A stretch of 64,000 nt of DNA from Oscillospiraceae bacterium. GTDB taxonomy: Bacteria; Bacillota; Clostridia; Oscillospirales; CAG-382. The DNA lies in NCBI GenBank assembly GCA_015064955.1, contig SVRD01000002.1:14188-78187 (forward strand). The letters are read 5' to 3'. Below the pieces are notes generated by a model. The model ran no database searches. It worked only from the letters and a program-made list of their open reading frames with translations, and had not been told where the DNA came from. A program made the position numbers and the translations under genes. Shown here in pieces: positions 21,596 to 31,328 of this stretch. Numbering within the stretch: position 1 is the first letter of the stretch; every line of letters starts with the position of its first letter.

Positions 21596-22067
21596 TTTTG
21601 TTTTCCTCCCTGATATAAGTATGCTCCGCCTCGGCAAGCGCCGCGTTTTGCTTCATTCTGCCGATGATGTCGAAAAACTGCTCCAATTCCTCGTCGCTTA
21701 TACCCTTTCGCAGTGCTTTCTCGAATGATTCGATATGCTTTTCGTGCTGTTCGTGTATATCAAGCGCGGTTTTGGTCAGCCGAATCTTTTTCATTCTCGC
21801 GTCGCTTTCATCGCGCTCGCGGATTATCAGCCCGTTTTTCTCCATAAGCTGTAATATCTGCGTCATTGTCGGGCGGCGCACCGAAAACTGCTTTTCGATA
21901 TCGCGCTGGAAAACGTCGCGGTTGCGGTTTTCATACAAATACCCGATCACCCAGCCGTGAGTGCCGGTGCAGTTAAGCCCGCTTCTCGCCTTGCTCGCAT
22001 CGACAGCGCGCTTTATCGCGACCGAAAGAGTACGGGCACAAAAGCCAATCGTCTTTTCACGCTCCAT
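21588..22067 (-). CDS. MarR-family regulator of the ABC exporter
   Basis: QRDIEK...RRPTMT..L..MEKNGLI.R...DARMKKI.LT. Confidence 0.88.
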   Translation of the reverse strand: MEREKTIGFCARTLSVAIKRAVDASKARSGLNCTGTHGWVIGYLYENRNRDVFQRDIEKQFSVRRPTMTQILQLMEKNGLIIRERDESDARMKKIRLTKTALDIHEQHEKHIESFEKALRKGISDEELEQFFDIIGRMKQNAALAEAEHTYIREENKNA

Positions 22068-22069
22068 TA

Positions 22070-22126
22070 ATTAGCCTCCTAACAGTTAGTACCCTAACAT
22101 TATATTCCTTTTGCCCCAAATGTCAA
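22070..22126 (-). promoter_or_regulatory. sigmaA promoter plus tandem palindromic MarR operators
   Basis: TTGACA (22121-22126) -16 bp- TATAAT (22099-22104); two (G/A)TTAG-N4-CTAAC palindromes at 22070-22083 (covering the RBS) and 22085-22098. Confidence 0.7.
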
Positions 22127-22196
22127 TAGACTCCGATTCTGTTTACAAAAAATTAACGGCAAGCCGCAACGACTCGCCGTTATTTAATTTGATTAT

Positions 22197-23006
22197 TTAA
22201 TTAAGCTCGGAAAGAAGCGTGCCCTCGTAGAATTCGAGCTCGCCCTTATCGCAAAGCTGAGCAAGCTTCGGGTCGATAGGAAGCTTTGCAACCTTTTCGA
22301 TACCGTGGTCTGCCGCAACCGCATCAACGTTGCCCTCGCCGTAGATATAGTGCTTTTTGTTGCAATCGGGACATTCGAAATAAGAATAGTTTTCGACAAG
22401 ACCGAGTATCGGAATATTCATAAGCTCTGCCATTCTTACCGCCTTGCCGACGATCATCGAAACAAGGTCCTGAGGGCTTGTAACGATTATCATACCGTCA
22501 ACGGGAAGCGATTGGAATACGGTAAGCGGTACGTCGCCTGTTCCGGGAGGCATATCGATATACATAACGTCGTTTTCGCCCCAGTTCACGTCGGTCCAGA
22601 ACTGCTTTACACAGCCTGCGATGATCGGGCCTCTCCAAGCGACAGGATCGCTTTCGTTGGGGAGAAGGAGGTTAAGCGACATAACCTTGATTCCCGTCTT
22701 GCTTTCGGGGGGAAGCATCGCTTCGCCGTCGCTCAAAACACCGCTGTTCACGCCGAATATCTTCGGGATCGAGGGGCCGGTGATGTCCGCGTCGAGAATA
22801 CAGGTCTTTTTACCGCTTCTCTGTGCGTTTATCGCGAGCAAGCCGGTAACAAGCGATTTACCGACACCGCCCTTGCCGCTCACAACGGCGATAACCTTGC
22901 CGATCTTGCTGCCCTCGCGGAGCTTTTCGATCATACTTTCCTTGCTTTGTTCTCTGCTCGAGCAGTTTGCACTGCAGGTAGAGCAATCGTGTGTGCATTC
23001 ACTCAT
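22197..23006 (-). CDS. Mrp/NBP35 (ApbC) Fe-S cluster carrier ATPase
   Basis: N-terminal Cys cluster, SGKGGVGKS, DADITGPS, WRGP, DMPPGTGD, ENYS...CPDC. Confidence 0.92.
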   Translation of the reverse strand: MSECTHDCSTCSANCSSREQSKESMIEKLREGSKIGKVIAVVSGKGGVGKSLVTGLLAINAQRSGKKTCILDADITGPSIPKIFGVNSGVLSDGEAMLPPESKTGIKVMSLNLLLPNESDPVAWRGPIIAGCVKQFWTDVNWGENDVMYIDMPPGTGDVPLTVFQSLPVDGMIIVTSPQDLVSMIVGKAVRMAELMNIPILGLVENYSYFECPDCNKKHYIYGEGNVDAVAADHGIEKVAKLPIDPKLAQLCDKGELEFYEGTLLSELN

Positions 23007-23072
23007 TTTTTCAATTCCGCGGCAAGATCCAAAATCTCTTTCGGCTTTTTCCGCGTCACCTTTCTATCAAAC

Positions 23073-23897
23073 TTATCTGTTTTCTATCATCTTTTTAAGA
23101 TTTTCGATACTTTCTTTCGCGCATTCGAGGCGGCTCATATTCGGTGTGGGCTCGTCCTGCTCGACGATAAGCCACTCGACACCGCATTCCTTTGCCTTTT
23201 CGATTATCGGTAAAAAGCGCTGTACGCCGCTTCCGACAGGGCGGAATTCAAAAGCTCTTACCTCTTTTTCCTTTACCTCGCCGTCGACGCCGATGAGCGC
23301 ATACATATTATTGCTCTTTTCGCCGACATAATCCTTTAAATGAAGCAAAGGACAGCGATTTTTATATTTTTCGAGGTAATGGATCGGGCTTTGACCCGCA
23401 ACCGATACCCAGCAGGTATCCATCTGCATCTTCAAAAGTGCGGGATCGACCGTGTCGTAAAGGTTATCGAATCCGAAATTGCCGTTTTCCAATCTTTCGA
23501 ACTCGAAATCGTGGTTATGATAGCTCAGCGCGATGCCTGCTGCTGCGAGCTTTTTACCAAGCGCTTCGACAGTCTTGACAAAATTATCGTAATTGCTTCC
23601 GCCGGGACGGTCCTCGGCAGCGAGCCAAGGAATCGCGATATTCTTACAGCCGACCGTCGTGTAATCCTTGATCACCTTGTCGGTATCGGCAAGAAGCTCG
23701 GGAAGCGAAACATGCGCAGAAACGGGAACAAGTCCGATCTCCTTTAAAAGAGCCGCGATCTCGGCAGGGTCTTTGCCGTAAAGCCCCGCAAATTCAACGC
23801 CCTCATATCCGTATTCCTTCAATTCCCGAAGCGTTGCTTCAAAATCGCTTTGCGCCTCGTCACGTACCGAATATAATTGGATTGCTATAGGCAACAT
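23073..23897 (-). CDS. Sugar phosphate isomerase/epimerase (xylose isomerase-like TIM barrel)
   Basis: QLYSVRD, GVEFAG, YHNHDFEF, DTCW, HLKD, IVEQD. Confidence 0.88.
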   Translation of the reverse strand: MLPIAIQLYSVRDEAQSDFEATLRELKEYGYEGVEFAGLYGKDPAEIAALLKEIGLVPVSAHVSLPELLADTDKVIKDYTTVGCKNIAIPWLAAEDRPGGSNYDNFVKTVEALGKKLAAAGIALSYHNHDFEFERLENGNFGFDNLYDTVDPALLKMQMDTCWVSVAGQSPIHYLEKYKNRCPLLHLKDYVGEKSNNMYALIGVDGEVKEKEVRAFEFRPVGSGVQRFLPIIEKAKECGVEWLIVEQDEPTPNMSRLECAKESIENLKKMIENR

Positions 23898-23944
23898 TTT
23901 CTTTTTTCCTTTCCTGCGGTTAATTCTGAATACTCCGATCGCTA

Positions 23945-25168
23945 TTATGCCCACTTACCGTCGACAAATATCGGAGTCGCCTTGCCGTCCTTGTAGCCGG
24001 TGATGCAAAGGTCGTCGCTTCCGATCATAAAGTCGACGTGGATCATCGAATCGTTTACGCCGAGCTCGTGAAGCTCGTCGAGAGTCATATTCTCAAATCC
24101 CTTTACACAGCCGGTATAGCCCATACCGAGCGCCACGTGGCAGGATGCGTTTTCATCGAACAATGTGTTGTAATAAAGAAGTCCGCTCTCTGCGATCGCC
24201 GAATCCTTCGGAACAAGCGCGAGCTCGCCGAGCATTCTGCTGCCCTCGTCGGTGGTGATTATCTTACCCAAAGCCTCCTCGCCCTTTTCGGCGTGCCAAG
24301 CAACCGCTTTGCCGTCTTCAAAGTCGATATAAAAGTTTTCGATAAGAGTGCCTCTCGCCGAAAGCGGCATAGAAGAAACGAGTCTGCCGCTGCAGCTTGC
24401 CTTTTTGGGTGTGGTAAATATTTCCTCGGTGGGCATATTCGGGTTGTAGAAGGTGCCCGAGAGAGTATATTCTCCGCCGCCGCACCAAACGCTTTCCTTC
24501 ATAAGCTCGCACTTGAAGTCGGTACCGTTTTTCGAAACGTAATGGAGATAATCAAACTGCTGTGCATTGAGCCAATCGCACTTTTCGCGGAAGTTTTCGT
24601 TCTTCTTGTCCCAAGCGGCGATAGCGTCGTTTTCCTCGTCGCAAAGCACTGTCGCGAGTATTGCCTCCCAAAGCTTTTCGACAGCAACGCTTGTTCTTTC
24701 GTTCGGGAACACCTTTTTAGCCCAGGCTTTGCCGGGGATAGCGCAAACAAGCCACTGATGCTTGTTATCCATCGCGTCGCGGTAGGGCTTTACCTTTTTG
24801 GAGATTGCGATGCTTGCCTTGGATACCTTTTCCTGATTAACTCCCGCCAATCCGTCGGGGTCCTCACAGATAAGACGGATTCTTGCAGGCAAAATCTCGG
24901 AATCGTTCTTTACCTTTTCGACCTGCCAATCGGGCACGTTGCAAAGCGAGCGCACTGTACGGTGACGGTATGAAAGCTTGGTAAGCTGTGTCATCGACCA
25001 ATCCACTCTCACGTTGCCCGCGCCTGCGCGGTAAGCCTCCTCGGCAAGAATAGCAACGAAATCAGCCGCTTCAACGTCCGCGCCGATATTAAGCTGCTGT
25101 CCCTTCTGGATATTCACACCCTGCTTTATAAGCAATTTGGCGTATTTTCTCTGCAAACTCTTCTTCAT
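23945..25168 (-). CDS. M29 aminopeptidase (AmpS/PepS)
   Basis: PNMPTEEIFTTP, LGELAL, NTLFDENASCHVALG, SMIHVDFM. Confidence 0.93.
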   Translation of the reverse strand: MKKSLQRKYAKLLIKQGVNIQKGQQLNIGADVEAADFVAILAEEAYRAGAGNVRVDWSMTQLTKLSYRHRTVRSLCNVPDWQVEKVKNDSEILPARIRLICEDPDGLAGVNQEKVSKASIAISKKVKPYRDAMDNKHQWLVCAIPGKAWAKKVFPNERTSVAVEKLWEAILATVLCDEENDAIAAWDKKNENFREKCDWLNAQQFDYLHYVSKNGTDFKCELMKESVWCGGGEYTLSGTFYNPNMPTEEIFTTPKKASCSGRLVSSMPLSARGTLIENFYIDFEDGKAVAWHAEKGEEALGKIITTDEGSRMLGELALVPKDSAIAESGLLYYNTLFDENASCHVALGMGYTGCVKGFENMTLDELHELGVNDSMIHVDFMIGSDDLCITGYKDGKATPIFVDGKWA

Positions 25169-25190
25169 TTCTTTTTTAGTGCCCGCGTTG

Positions 25191-25453
25191 TAGGTTGGGT
25201 TTGAGCAAAACGCACTCTCCGCGAGGATTTTGCCTCATTCAGAGCGTTGCATTTTGAGCGTTCTCCAAAAATGCCTCTCCGCGAGGATTTTTCCTTCGTT
25301 CAAGGAGTTGCGTTTTATGAGCGTTCTCGAGATCGTACTCTCCGCGAGGATTCTCCCTCGTTCAGAATGTTGCGTTTTGAGCGTTCTCGAAATCGCGCTC
25401 TCCGCGAGGTTTTTGCCTCATTCAGAGCGTTGCGTTTTTTGAATCCCGACCTA
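25191..25453. repeat. Four degenerate ~60-bp tandem repeats enclosed by ~23-bp imperfect terminal inverted repeats (MITE/REP-like)
   Basis: CTCTCCGCGAGG at 25215, 25275, 25338 and 25398; ends TAGGTTGGGTTTGAGCAAAACGCA / TGCGTTTTTTGAATCCCGACCTA. Confidence 0.85.
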
Positions 25454-25515
25454 TTCTGCGGTGTTCTCCTTATTTATTTTCGTGAATAATGGGGCTGTTT
25501 TCACAGCCCCGATAA

Positions 25516-25938
25516 TTATTTTTCTTCCTTCTTTTTGGACTTGTCTTCCTTGGACTTCATCTTGACGCCGCTGTCCATACGCTTTGCGTCCTTTACCTCT
25601 TTAACGTCGGGCTCGTTAGCCTTTTCGATAACCGAGGAAACAGCCCATTTCTGAATCTGGATCTTGGTTCTGTTGCCGCTGGTTTCGACAAGAAGCATAT
25701 CTTCGGTGATCTTAACGACCATAGCCACGATACCGCCGGTAGTTACGATAACGTCGCCGAGCTCGATGGAATTACGCATATCTGCGGTTTCCTTTTCCTG
25801 CTTCTTCTGGGGACGGTAGATGATAAAATAGAAAACAAGCGCGAGCAACGCGAGGGGGAGAAGCATTGTCAAAAGACTGCCTGCGCCGGGCTGCTGTGTT
25901 GCAGCATCATCAACCATAAAAAGATTTGTAAAATTCAT
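25516..25938 (-). CDS. yajC: Preprotein translocase subunit YajC
   Basis: TM helix plus YFIIYRPQKKQ...GD.IVTTGGI. Confidence 0.9.
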   Translation of the reverse strand: MNFTNLFMVDDAATQQPGAGSLLTMLLPLALLALVFYFIIYRPQKKQEKETADMRNSIELGDVIVTTGGIVAMVVKITEDMLLVETSGNRTKIQIQKWAVSSVIEKANEPDVKEVKDAKRMDSGVKMKSKEDKSKKKEEK

Positions 25939-26729
25939 TTCAAATTACCTTCACTGTATTTTATTCTTTTTACATTTGTGCAATAGAGTGTTTTTTCATC
26001 AAGCTCGAAAACCGCGCCGCGAAGGCATACGTTTTCGCTCGACGGGATACCCTTCATTCGTACGTTTCGGGTGAATCGCGGCACCGCCGTTTCATAGGTG
26101 ACACCGATTATCGAATCCTCGCCGCCGCACATTCCGATATCGCTTATATATCCGCTTCCGCGCTCGGTCAATCGCTCGTCGGCGGTCTGCACGTGGGTGT
26201 GTGTTCCGAAAACAGCTTGTATTCTGCCGTCGAAGATATGCATAAACGCCTGCTTTTCGCTCGTTGCTTCGCCGTGAAAATCGCATATTGCGAAATCGTA
26301 TTTGCCCTTTACCTCATCGAGCAATCGCTCGACCGCGGTGAACGGTGAATCGATCGGGTCCATAAAGACCTGTCCGCAAACCGAAATAACCAATGCGCGC
26401 AAGCCGTTTTTGACCGGTATTATGCAATAGCCGTTGCCGGGGGATGCGGGCGGAAAATTCAGCGGCCGCAAAACAAATTGCTCCTCCTCGAGCAGATCGA
26501 ATATCGCATATCTGCGGAAGGAATGGTTGCCGCCGGTGATAACGTCTGCCCCGCTTTCGAAAAGCAGATTCGCATCGTTTCTGTCGAGTCCGCTCCCGTC
26601 GTGCGAGTTTTCGCCGTTTACGATAACCAAATCGGCGTTTTCGATATTCTTTATTCTCCGTAAATGCTTGCGGACAAATTCCATACCCGGTGTGCCGAAT
26701 ACGTCGCCCACTGCGAGAATCTTTATCAT
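25935..26729 (-). CDS. ymdB: YmdB / TIGR00282 metallophosphoesterase
   Basis: GDVFG, NGEN, ITGGNH, DFHGEATSEK, GTHTHVQT; downstream of rny. Confidence 0.9.
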   Translation of the reverse strand: MIKILAVGDVFGTPGMEFVRKHLRRIKNIENADLVIVNGENSHDGSGLDRNDANLLFESGADVITGGNHSFRRYAIFDLLEEEQFVLRPLNFPPASPGNGYCIIPVKNGLRALVISVCGQVFMDPIDSPFTAVERLLDEVKGKYDFAICDFHGEATSEKQAFMHIFDGRIQAVFGTHTHVQTADERLTERGSGYISDIGMCGGEDSIIGVTYETAVPRFTRNVRMKGIPSSENVCLRGAVFELDEKTLYCTNVKRIKYSEGNLK

Positions 26730-26843
26730 AACAACACCAATTTGCAAAAATTTTGATTACATTTCCGTGTGTTCACACAGCAAACCGCTCCGCTCACACT
26801 CATAAGATAAAATTCCATAAAAATCGGCGACATACGCATTTTG

Positions 26844-26876
26844 CCCCAAAACATAAATGTTTTCGGGGAGCCCGTT
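26844..26876. repeat. Mini-palindromic dispersed repeat (related copy at 63505-63538)
   Basis: CCCCAAAAcataaatgTTTTCGGGGagcccgtt resembles the reverse complement of aacggggtCCCCGAAAAtcgtaagaTTTTTGGGG. Confidence 0.6.
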
Positions 26877-26922
26877 CGATTTTTCCACCTATGATGACCG
26901 CGAGCGACTTCAATAATAATCC

Positions 26923-27073
26923 ATATTTTTCAAGGACATGCGCCTTGAAAAATATACCTCAGAGCGCCGAGGATTCGGACAACGAACGAAGTGAGGCGCA
27001 CGAATCCTATGCGAATGAACGGCGCTCACAAAAACCGATTAAAATCGCGAGATTTTAATCGAGAGCGAAGCGA
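26923..27073 (-). repeat. Structured dispersed repeat, copy 1 (copy 2 at 42680-42816)
   Basis: 37 identical nt ATATTTTTCAAGGACATGCGCCTTGAAAAATATACCT; shared CACAAAAACCGAT..ATCGAGAGCGAAGCGA end; covarying stems. Confidence 0.85.
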
Positions 27074-27144
27074 AGCTTCTCGTGCAAAATGAAATGCTCT
27101 GCGCCGCTATGGACTGCTTAAAAGGATGAAATGACTGCTTAAAA

Positions 27145-28698
27145 CTATTTTGCGTAGTCTACTTGACGCATTTCCCTGATAACGTTGATCTTGATCTGGC
27201 CGGGATACTCGAGCTCTTCCTCGATCTTGCGGGCGATGTCGCGGGCGATAAAGATCATTTCGTCGTCGTTGACCTCGTCGGGCTTGACCATTATGCGAAC
27301 CTCTCTGCCGGCTTGGATAGCAAAGGACTTTTCAACGCCGGTGAACGAGGTAGCGATTTCTTCGAGCTTCTGGAGACGCTTGATATAGGTTTCGAGATTT
27401 TCACGTCTTGCGCCGGGGCGTGCCGCCGAAACAGCGTCTGCCGCCTGAACGATCATAGCAACGAGAGTATGAGGCTCAACGTCGCCGTGGTGCGCTTCGA
27501 TAGCGTGGACGATTTCGCGGCTTTCCTTATACTTACGCGCAAGATCGACACCGATCTGCACGTGGGAGCCGTCGATTTCGTGAGTCATCGCTTTACCGAT
27601 ATCGTGAAGCAGGCCGGCACGCTTCGCCTGAGCAACGTCAACGCCGAGCTCGGAAGCGATCATTCCTGCGATATGTGCAACCTCAATAGAGTGCTTGAGC
27701 ACGTTCTGACCGTAGCTTGTACGGTATTTAAGTCTGCCGAGCAGCTTAACAAGCTCGGGGTTGATGCCGTGAACGCCGGTTTCGTAGGTGGCTTGTTCGC
27801 CCTCCTTCTTGATAACGGCTTCGACTTCCTTGCGGCTCTTTTCAACCGTTTCCTCGATTCTCGACGGGTGGATACGTCCGTCGGAGATGAGCTTTTCGAG
27901 AGTCATTCTCGCAACCTCGCGGCGAACCGGATCGAATGTCGAGATCGCGATAGCTTCGGGAGTATCGTCGATAATGAGGTCAACACCGGTGAGCGTTTCG
28001 ATAGCACGGATATTTCTGCCCTCACGGCCGATGATTCTGCCCTTCATTTCGTCGTTGGGAAGGTCGACTACCGAAACGGTAGCTTCCGCAACGCTGTCTG
28101 CCGCGCAACGCTGGATAGCGAGCGCGATTATGTTCTTGGCTTCGTCGTCTGCTTTGTCCTTGTATTCCTGCTCGACCTCAAGCAGCTTCATCGCCATTTC
28201 GTGTCTTGCTTCGGTTTCGACGCGCTCCATAAGTACGGCGCGTGCGTCTTCAGAGGACATACCCGAGATTTTCTGGAGCATTTCCTCCTGCTGTGCGACG
28301 ATTTCTTCGGCTTTCACGCGAAGCTCGTCGTTTTCGCGGATCTTGTTGTTGAGTACCTCTTCCTTCTTTTCGAGGTTTTCATACTTTTTGTCGAGATTTT
28401 CTTCCTTCTGGATCGCACGTCTTTCCATGCGCTGAAGGTCGTTTCTTCTCTCCTTGAGCTCGCGCTCGGTATCGTTCTTGATCTTGAGCGCTTCTTCCTT
28501 GGCTTCTACAAGCTTTTCTTTTTTTGCCGTTTCAGCGGCTTTTACTGCGTCTTCAACGATCCTTTTCGCTTCTGCTTCCGCACTGCCGATGGTTTTTTCA
28601 GCCGACTTTTTTCTTGCTATAAAGCCGACAAACCCGCCGACCGCGCCAAATACTATTGCGGCTGCAGCGATAAGACCGATAGCTAAATAAAGGTCCAT
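27145..28698 (-). CDS. rny: Ribonuclease Y
   Basis: N-terminal TM, coiled coil, KH ([14 protein letters not shown]), HD (LLHDIGK); ATG 28698 after GGAGG. Confidence 0.97.
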   Translation of the reverse strand: MDLYLAIGLIAAAAIVFGAVGGFVGFIARKKSAEKTIGSAEAEAKRIVEDAVKAAETAKKEKLVEAKEEALKIKNDTERELKERRNDLQRMERRAIQKEENLDKKYENLEKKEEVLNNKIRENDELRVKAEEIVAQQEEMLQKISGMSSEDARAVLMERVETEARHEMAMKLLEVEQEYKDKADDEAKNIIALAIQRCAADSVAEATVSVVDLPNDEMKGRIIGREGRNIRAIETLTGVDLIIDDTPEAIAISTFDPVRREVARMTLEKLISDGRIHPSRIEETVEKSRKEVEAVIKKEGEQATYETGVHGINPELVKLLGRLKYRTSYGQNVLKHSIEVAHIAGMIASELGVDVAQAKRAGLLHDIGKAMTHEIDGSHVQIGVDLARKYKESREIVHAIEAHHGDVEPHTLVAMIVQAADAVSAARPGARRENLETYIKRLQKLEEIATSFTGVEKSFAIQAGREVRIMVKPDEVNDDEMIFIARDIARKIEEELEYPGQIKINVIREMRQVDYAK

Positions 28699-28995
28699 GT
28701 TTGCCTCCATGATATATATTTTATCCCGAATACGCGCACAAGATCCGGCTGATAAGTTCGGCTCGTCCTGCAAAAACACAGTCTGCTTTGTTATTTCGCC
28801 GCAATAATGGCGCGGGCATCGGTATTCATAATAATTATACATATTTTCAACCCGATTGTAAACCCCTATTGCATAAAAATATATGTAAATATCTTTAAAT
28901 TTTTATGTCGCGCACGGCGCACAACCGCCTTGACAAGTCACGCCTTTATGATATAATAAAATCAGCCGCAGTGTTGCGGTTTTAAGGAGATTTCT

Positions 28996-30120
28996 ATGGA
29001 TATGATATATTTTGATTCCGCGGCGACCGCAAGGCCGTTTGACTGTGCGCTGACAGCGGCGGCAGAGGCTTATTCGGTCTACGGAAATCCGTCGTCGGTT
29101 CATTCGGCGGGGATAAAGGCAAAGGCTATTATCGAGAATTCGAGAAAAAGCATCGCTACGGCGCTTTACTGCAAGCCCGAGGAGATAATATTCACCGGCG
29201 GCGGAAGCGAAAGCAACAACCAAGCGATATTTGGATTGGCAAAGCTCCGCGCAAGGAGATCAAAAAGAATAATCACCACCGACAGCGAGCACCCTTCTGT
29301 CGCGCGTCCGATCGAAGCGCTCGAAAAGGACGGATTTGAAATAGTCCGTATTGCCACAAAGGGCGGCGAGCTTGATATTGATTCACTCCAAAAGGAGCTT
29401 GAAAACGGTGCGGCTTTTGTGAGCATTATGCTTGCCAACAACGAAACCGGCGCAAAATACGATATTGCCGCTGTCAGACGGGCAATCGACAGAAGCGGAA
29501 GCGGCGCGATATTCCACTGCGACGCGGTGCAGGGATTTTTAAAAACGGCAGATATACGCGAGATCGCGAAAAACTGTGATCTTGCAAGCATTTCGGCGCA
29601 CAAGGTCGGCGGACTGAAGGGTGTCGGCGCGCTGTATTGCAAAGGCGGAATCAAGCTGCCCGCGTTTATTTTGGGCGGCGGTCAGGAAAACGGGCTTCGC
29701 TCGGGGACCGAAAACGTCGGCGGTATCGCGGCGTTCGGGGTTGCCTGCGGAGAATTTACAAAGCACCGCGAGCATATAAGCAGTCTTTACAACAAAGCAG
29801 TCGGGCTTCTTTCTGAGGAAAGCGGCTTGATAACTCTGAATATCCCGAAAACGCACATTGATTCGATCCTTTCGGTTTCGGTAAAGGGTGTTCGGAGCGA
29901 GGTTATGCTCAACGCGCTGAATCTCCACAATATCTGCATTTCTGCGGGCAGTGCCTGCTCGGCAAGAAAGGGTCCGAGCGGTGCGCTTTCGGCATACGGG
30001 CTCTCAAAGGAAGAAATCGAGGGCACGGTAAGGATCAGCTTCGGTGCATACAATACCGTGGAAGAGGTTTGTCAGCTTGCGGAAAAGCTTATTACAACAG
30101 CCAAAAGGCTCAAGAGGTAG
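28996..30120 (+). CDS. Cysteine desulfurase (NifZ/IscS-type, ThiI-associated)
   Basis: YFDSAAT, GNPSS, HCDAVQ, SAHKVGG, RSGTEN, SAGSACS. Confidence 0.92.
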   Translation: MDMIYFDSAATARPFDCALTAAAEAYSVYGNPSSVHSAGIKAKAIIENSRKSIATALYCKPEEIIFTGGGSESNNQAIFGLAKLRARRSKRIITTDSEHPSVARPIEALEKDGFEIVRIATKGGELDIDSLQKELENGAAFVSIMLANNETGAKYDIAAVRRAIDRSGSGAIFHCDAVQGFLKTADIREIAKNCDLASISAHKVGGLKGVGALYCKGGIKLPAFILGGGQENGLRSGTENVGGIAAFGVACGEFTKHREHISSLYNKAVGLLSEESGLITLNIPKTHIDSILSVSVKGVRSEVMLNALNLHNICISAGSACSARKGPSGALSAYGLSKEEIEGTVRISFGAYNTVEEVCQLAEKLITTAKRLKR

Positions 30121-30123
30121 ACA

Positions 30124-31293
30124 ATGAAGGAAGTATTGCTTTTAAAATACGGCGAAATCGTGCTGAAGGGGCTCAACAGAGGCTATTTCAACTCGGTGCT
30201 CGAAAGCCGAGTTAAGCGCGCACTCAAAAACGTTCAGGGCGAATTTTACTATGATTACGCGCAATCGACTCTTTGCATAACCCCCTCTGACGATGCGGAT
30301 ATCGACGCCGCATACGAGCGGGTGAAAAAGGTTTTCGGCGTTGCAACCGTTTGCCGCGGTATCGCTTGCGAAAAGGATATGGACGATATCCAAAGCAAGC
30401 TTGCCGAAAACGTCGATTTTCTGCTCGGCAACGCAAAGACGTTCAAGTGCGACGCGAAACGAAGCGACAAGAAGTTTCCGCTGAAATCGCCCGAGATCTG
30501 CGCGATCTGCGGCGGAACCGTGCTCGAAAACCGCCCCGATATGAAGGTCGACGTTATCAATCCCGAGCGTGTTATCACGATAGAGATCCGCGACCGCCAA
30601 GCGTTTATTCACGGCAACGGCGAAAAGGGCGCGGGCGGTGTTCCCGTCGGCTCGTCGGGCAGAGCGATGCTTATGCTTTCGGGCGGTATCGACAGCCCCG
30701 TTGCAGGTCATATGATCGCGCGGCGCGGTGCGGCTATCGACGCGGTTTATTTTGAAACTCCGCCCTATACGGGCGAAGCCGCCGCGATGAAGGTCCAGAC
30801 CCTTGCCGAAAAGCTCACCGAATACTGCGGAGAGATCTATCTCCACTCGGTTTCGCTGACCGAGATTCAGGAAACTCTCGTTTCGACCTGCAAGGAAAGG
30901 CTTTTCACCCTTCTTCTCAGACGTTTTATGGTCAGATGCGCCTCGAAAATAGCGAAAAAGTACGGTGCGGGCTGTCTTATCACCGGCGAAAGCTTGGCTC
31001 AGGTTGCGAGTCAGACGATGCTTGCACTCGGAGTGACCGACGCCGTTTCCGAGCTTCCGATATTGCGCCCCTGCATCGGGCTCGACAAGGAGGAGATCGT
31101 TGTCCGCGCACGCGAGATCGGAACATTTGAAACCTCGATACTTCCCTATGAGGACTGCTGTACCGTATTCACTCCCAAGCACCCCGACACACGTCCCGAT
31201 ATGGCAGAAATTCTCGAAGAGGAAGCCAAGCTCGACGTAGATGCGCTTGTAGAACGCGCACTCGCGACAGACAGATTTATAAAGCTCGGCTGA
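30124..31293 (+). CDS. thiI: tRNA 4-thiouridine synthase
   Basis: YGEIVLKG.NR, THUMP domain, LSGGIDSPVA, TGESLAQVASQT, EDCC. Confidence 0.94.
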   Translation: MKEVLLLKYGEIVLKGLNRGYFNSVLESRVKRALKNVQGEFYYDYAQSTLCITPSDDADIDAAYERVKKVFGVATVCRGIACEKDMDDIQSKLAENVDFLLGNAKTFKCDAKRSDKKFPLKSPEICAICGGTVLENRPDMKVDVINPERVITIEIRDRQAFIHGNGEKGAGGVPVGSSGRAMLMLSGGIDSPVAGHMIARRGAAIDAVYFETPPYTGEAAAMKVQTLAEKLTEYCGEIYLHSVSLTEIQETLVSTCKERLFTLLLRRFMVRCASKIAKKYGAGCLITGESLAQVASQTMLALGVTDAVSELPILRPCIGLDKEEIVVRAREIGTFETSILPYEDCCTVFTPKHPDTRPDMAEILEEEAKLDVDALVERALATDRFIKLG

Positions 31294-31328
31294 CGACCCC
31301 GAAAAACGACATTAAACGGAGGCTGTAA

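Noticed and set aside
25191-25453. CRISPR array
   Set aside because: The whole 60-bp unit is degenerate and repeated, with no unique spacers and no cas genes in the window
27112-27144. 12-bp direct repeat GACTGCTTAAAA after the rny stop as a target-site duplication
   Set aside because: The two copies are only 9 bp apart and do not flank the structured element
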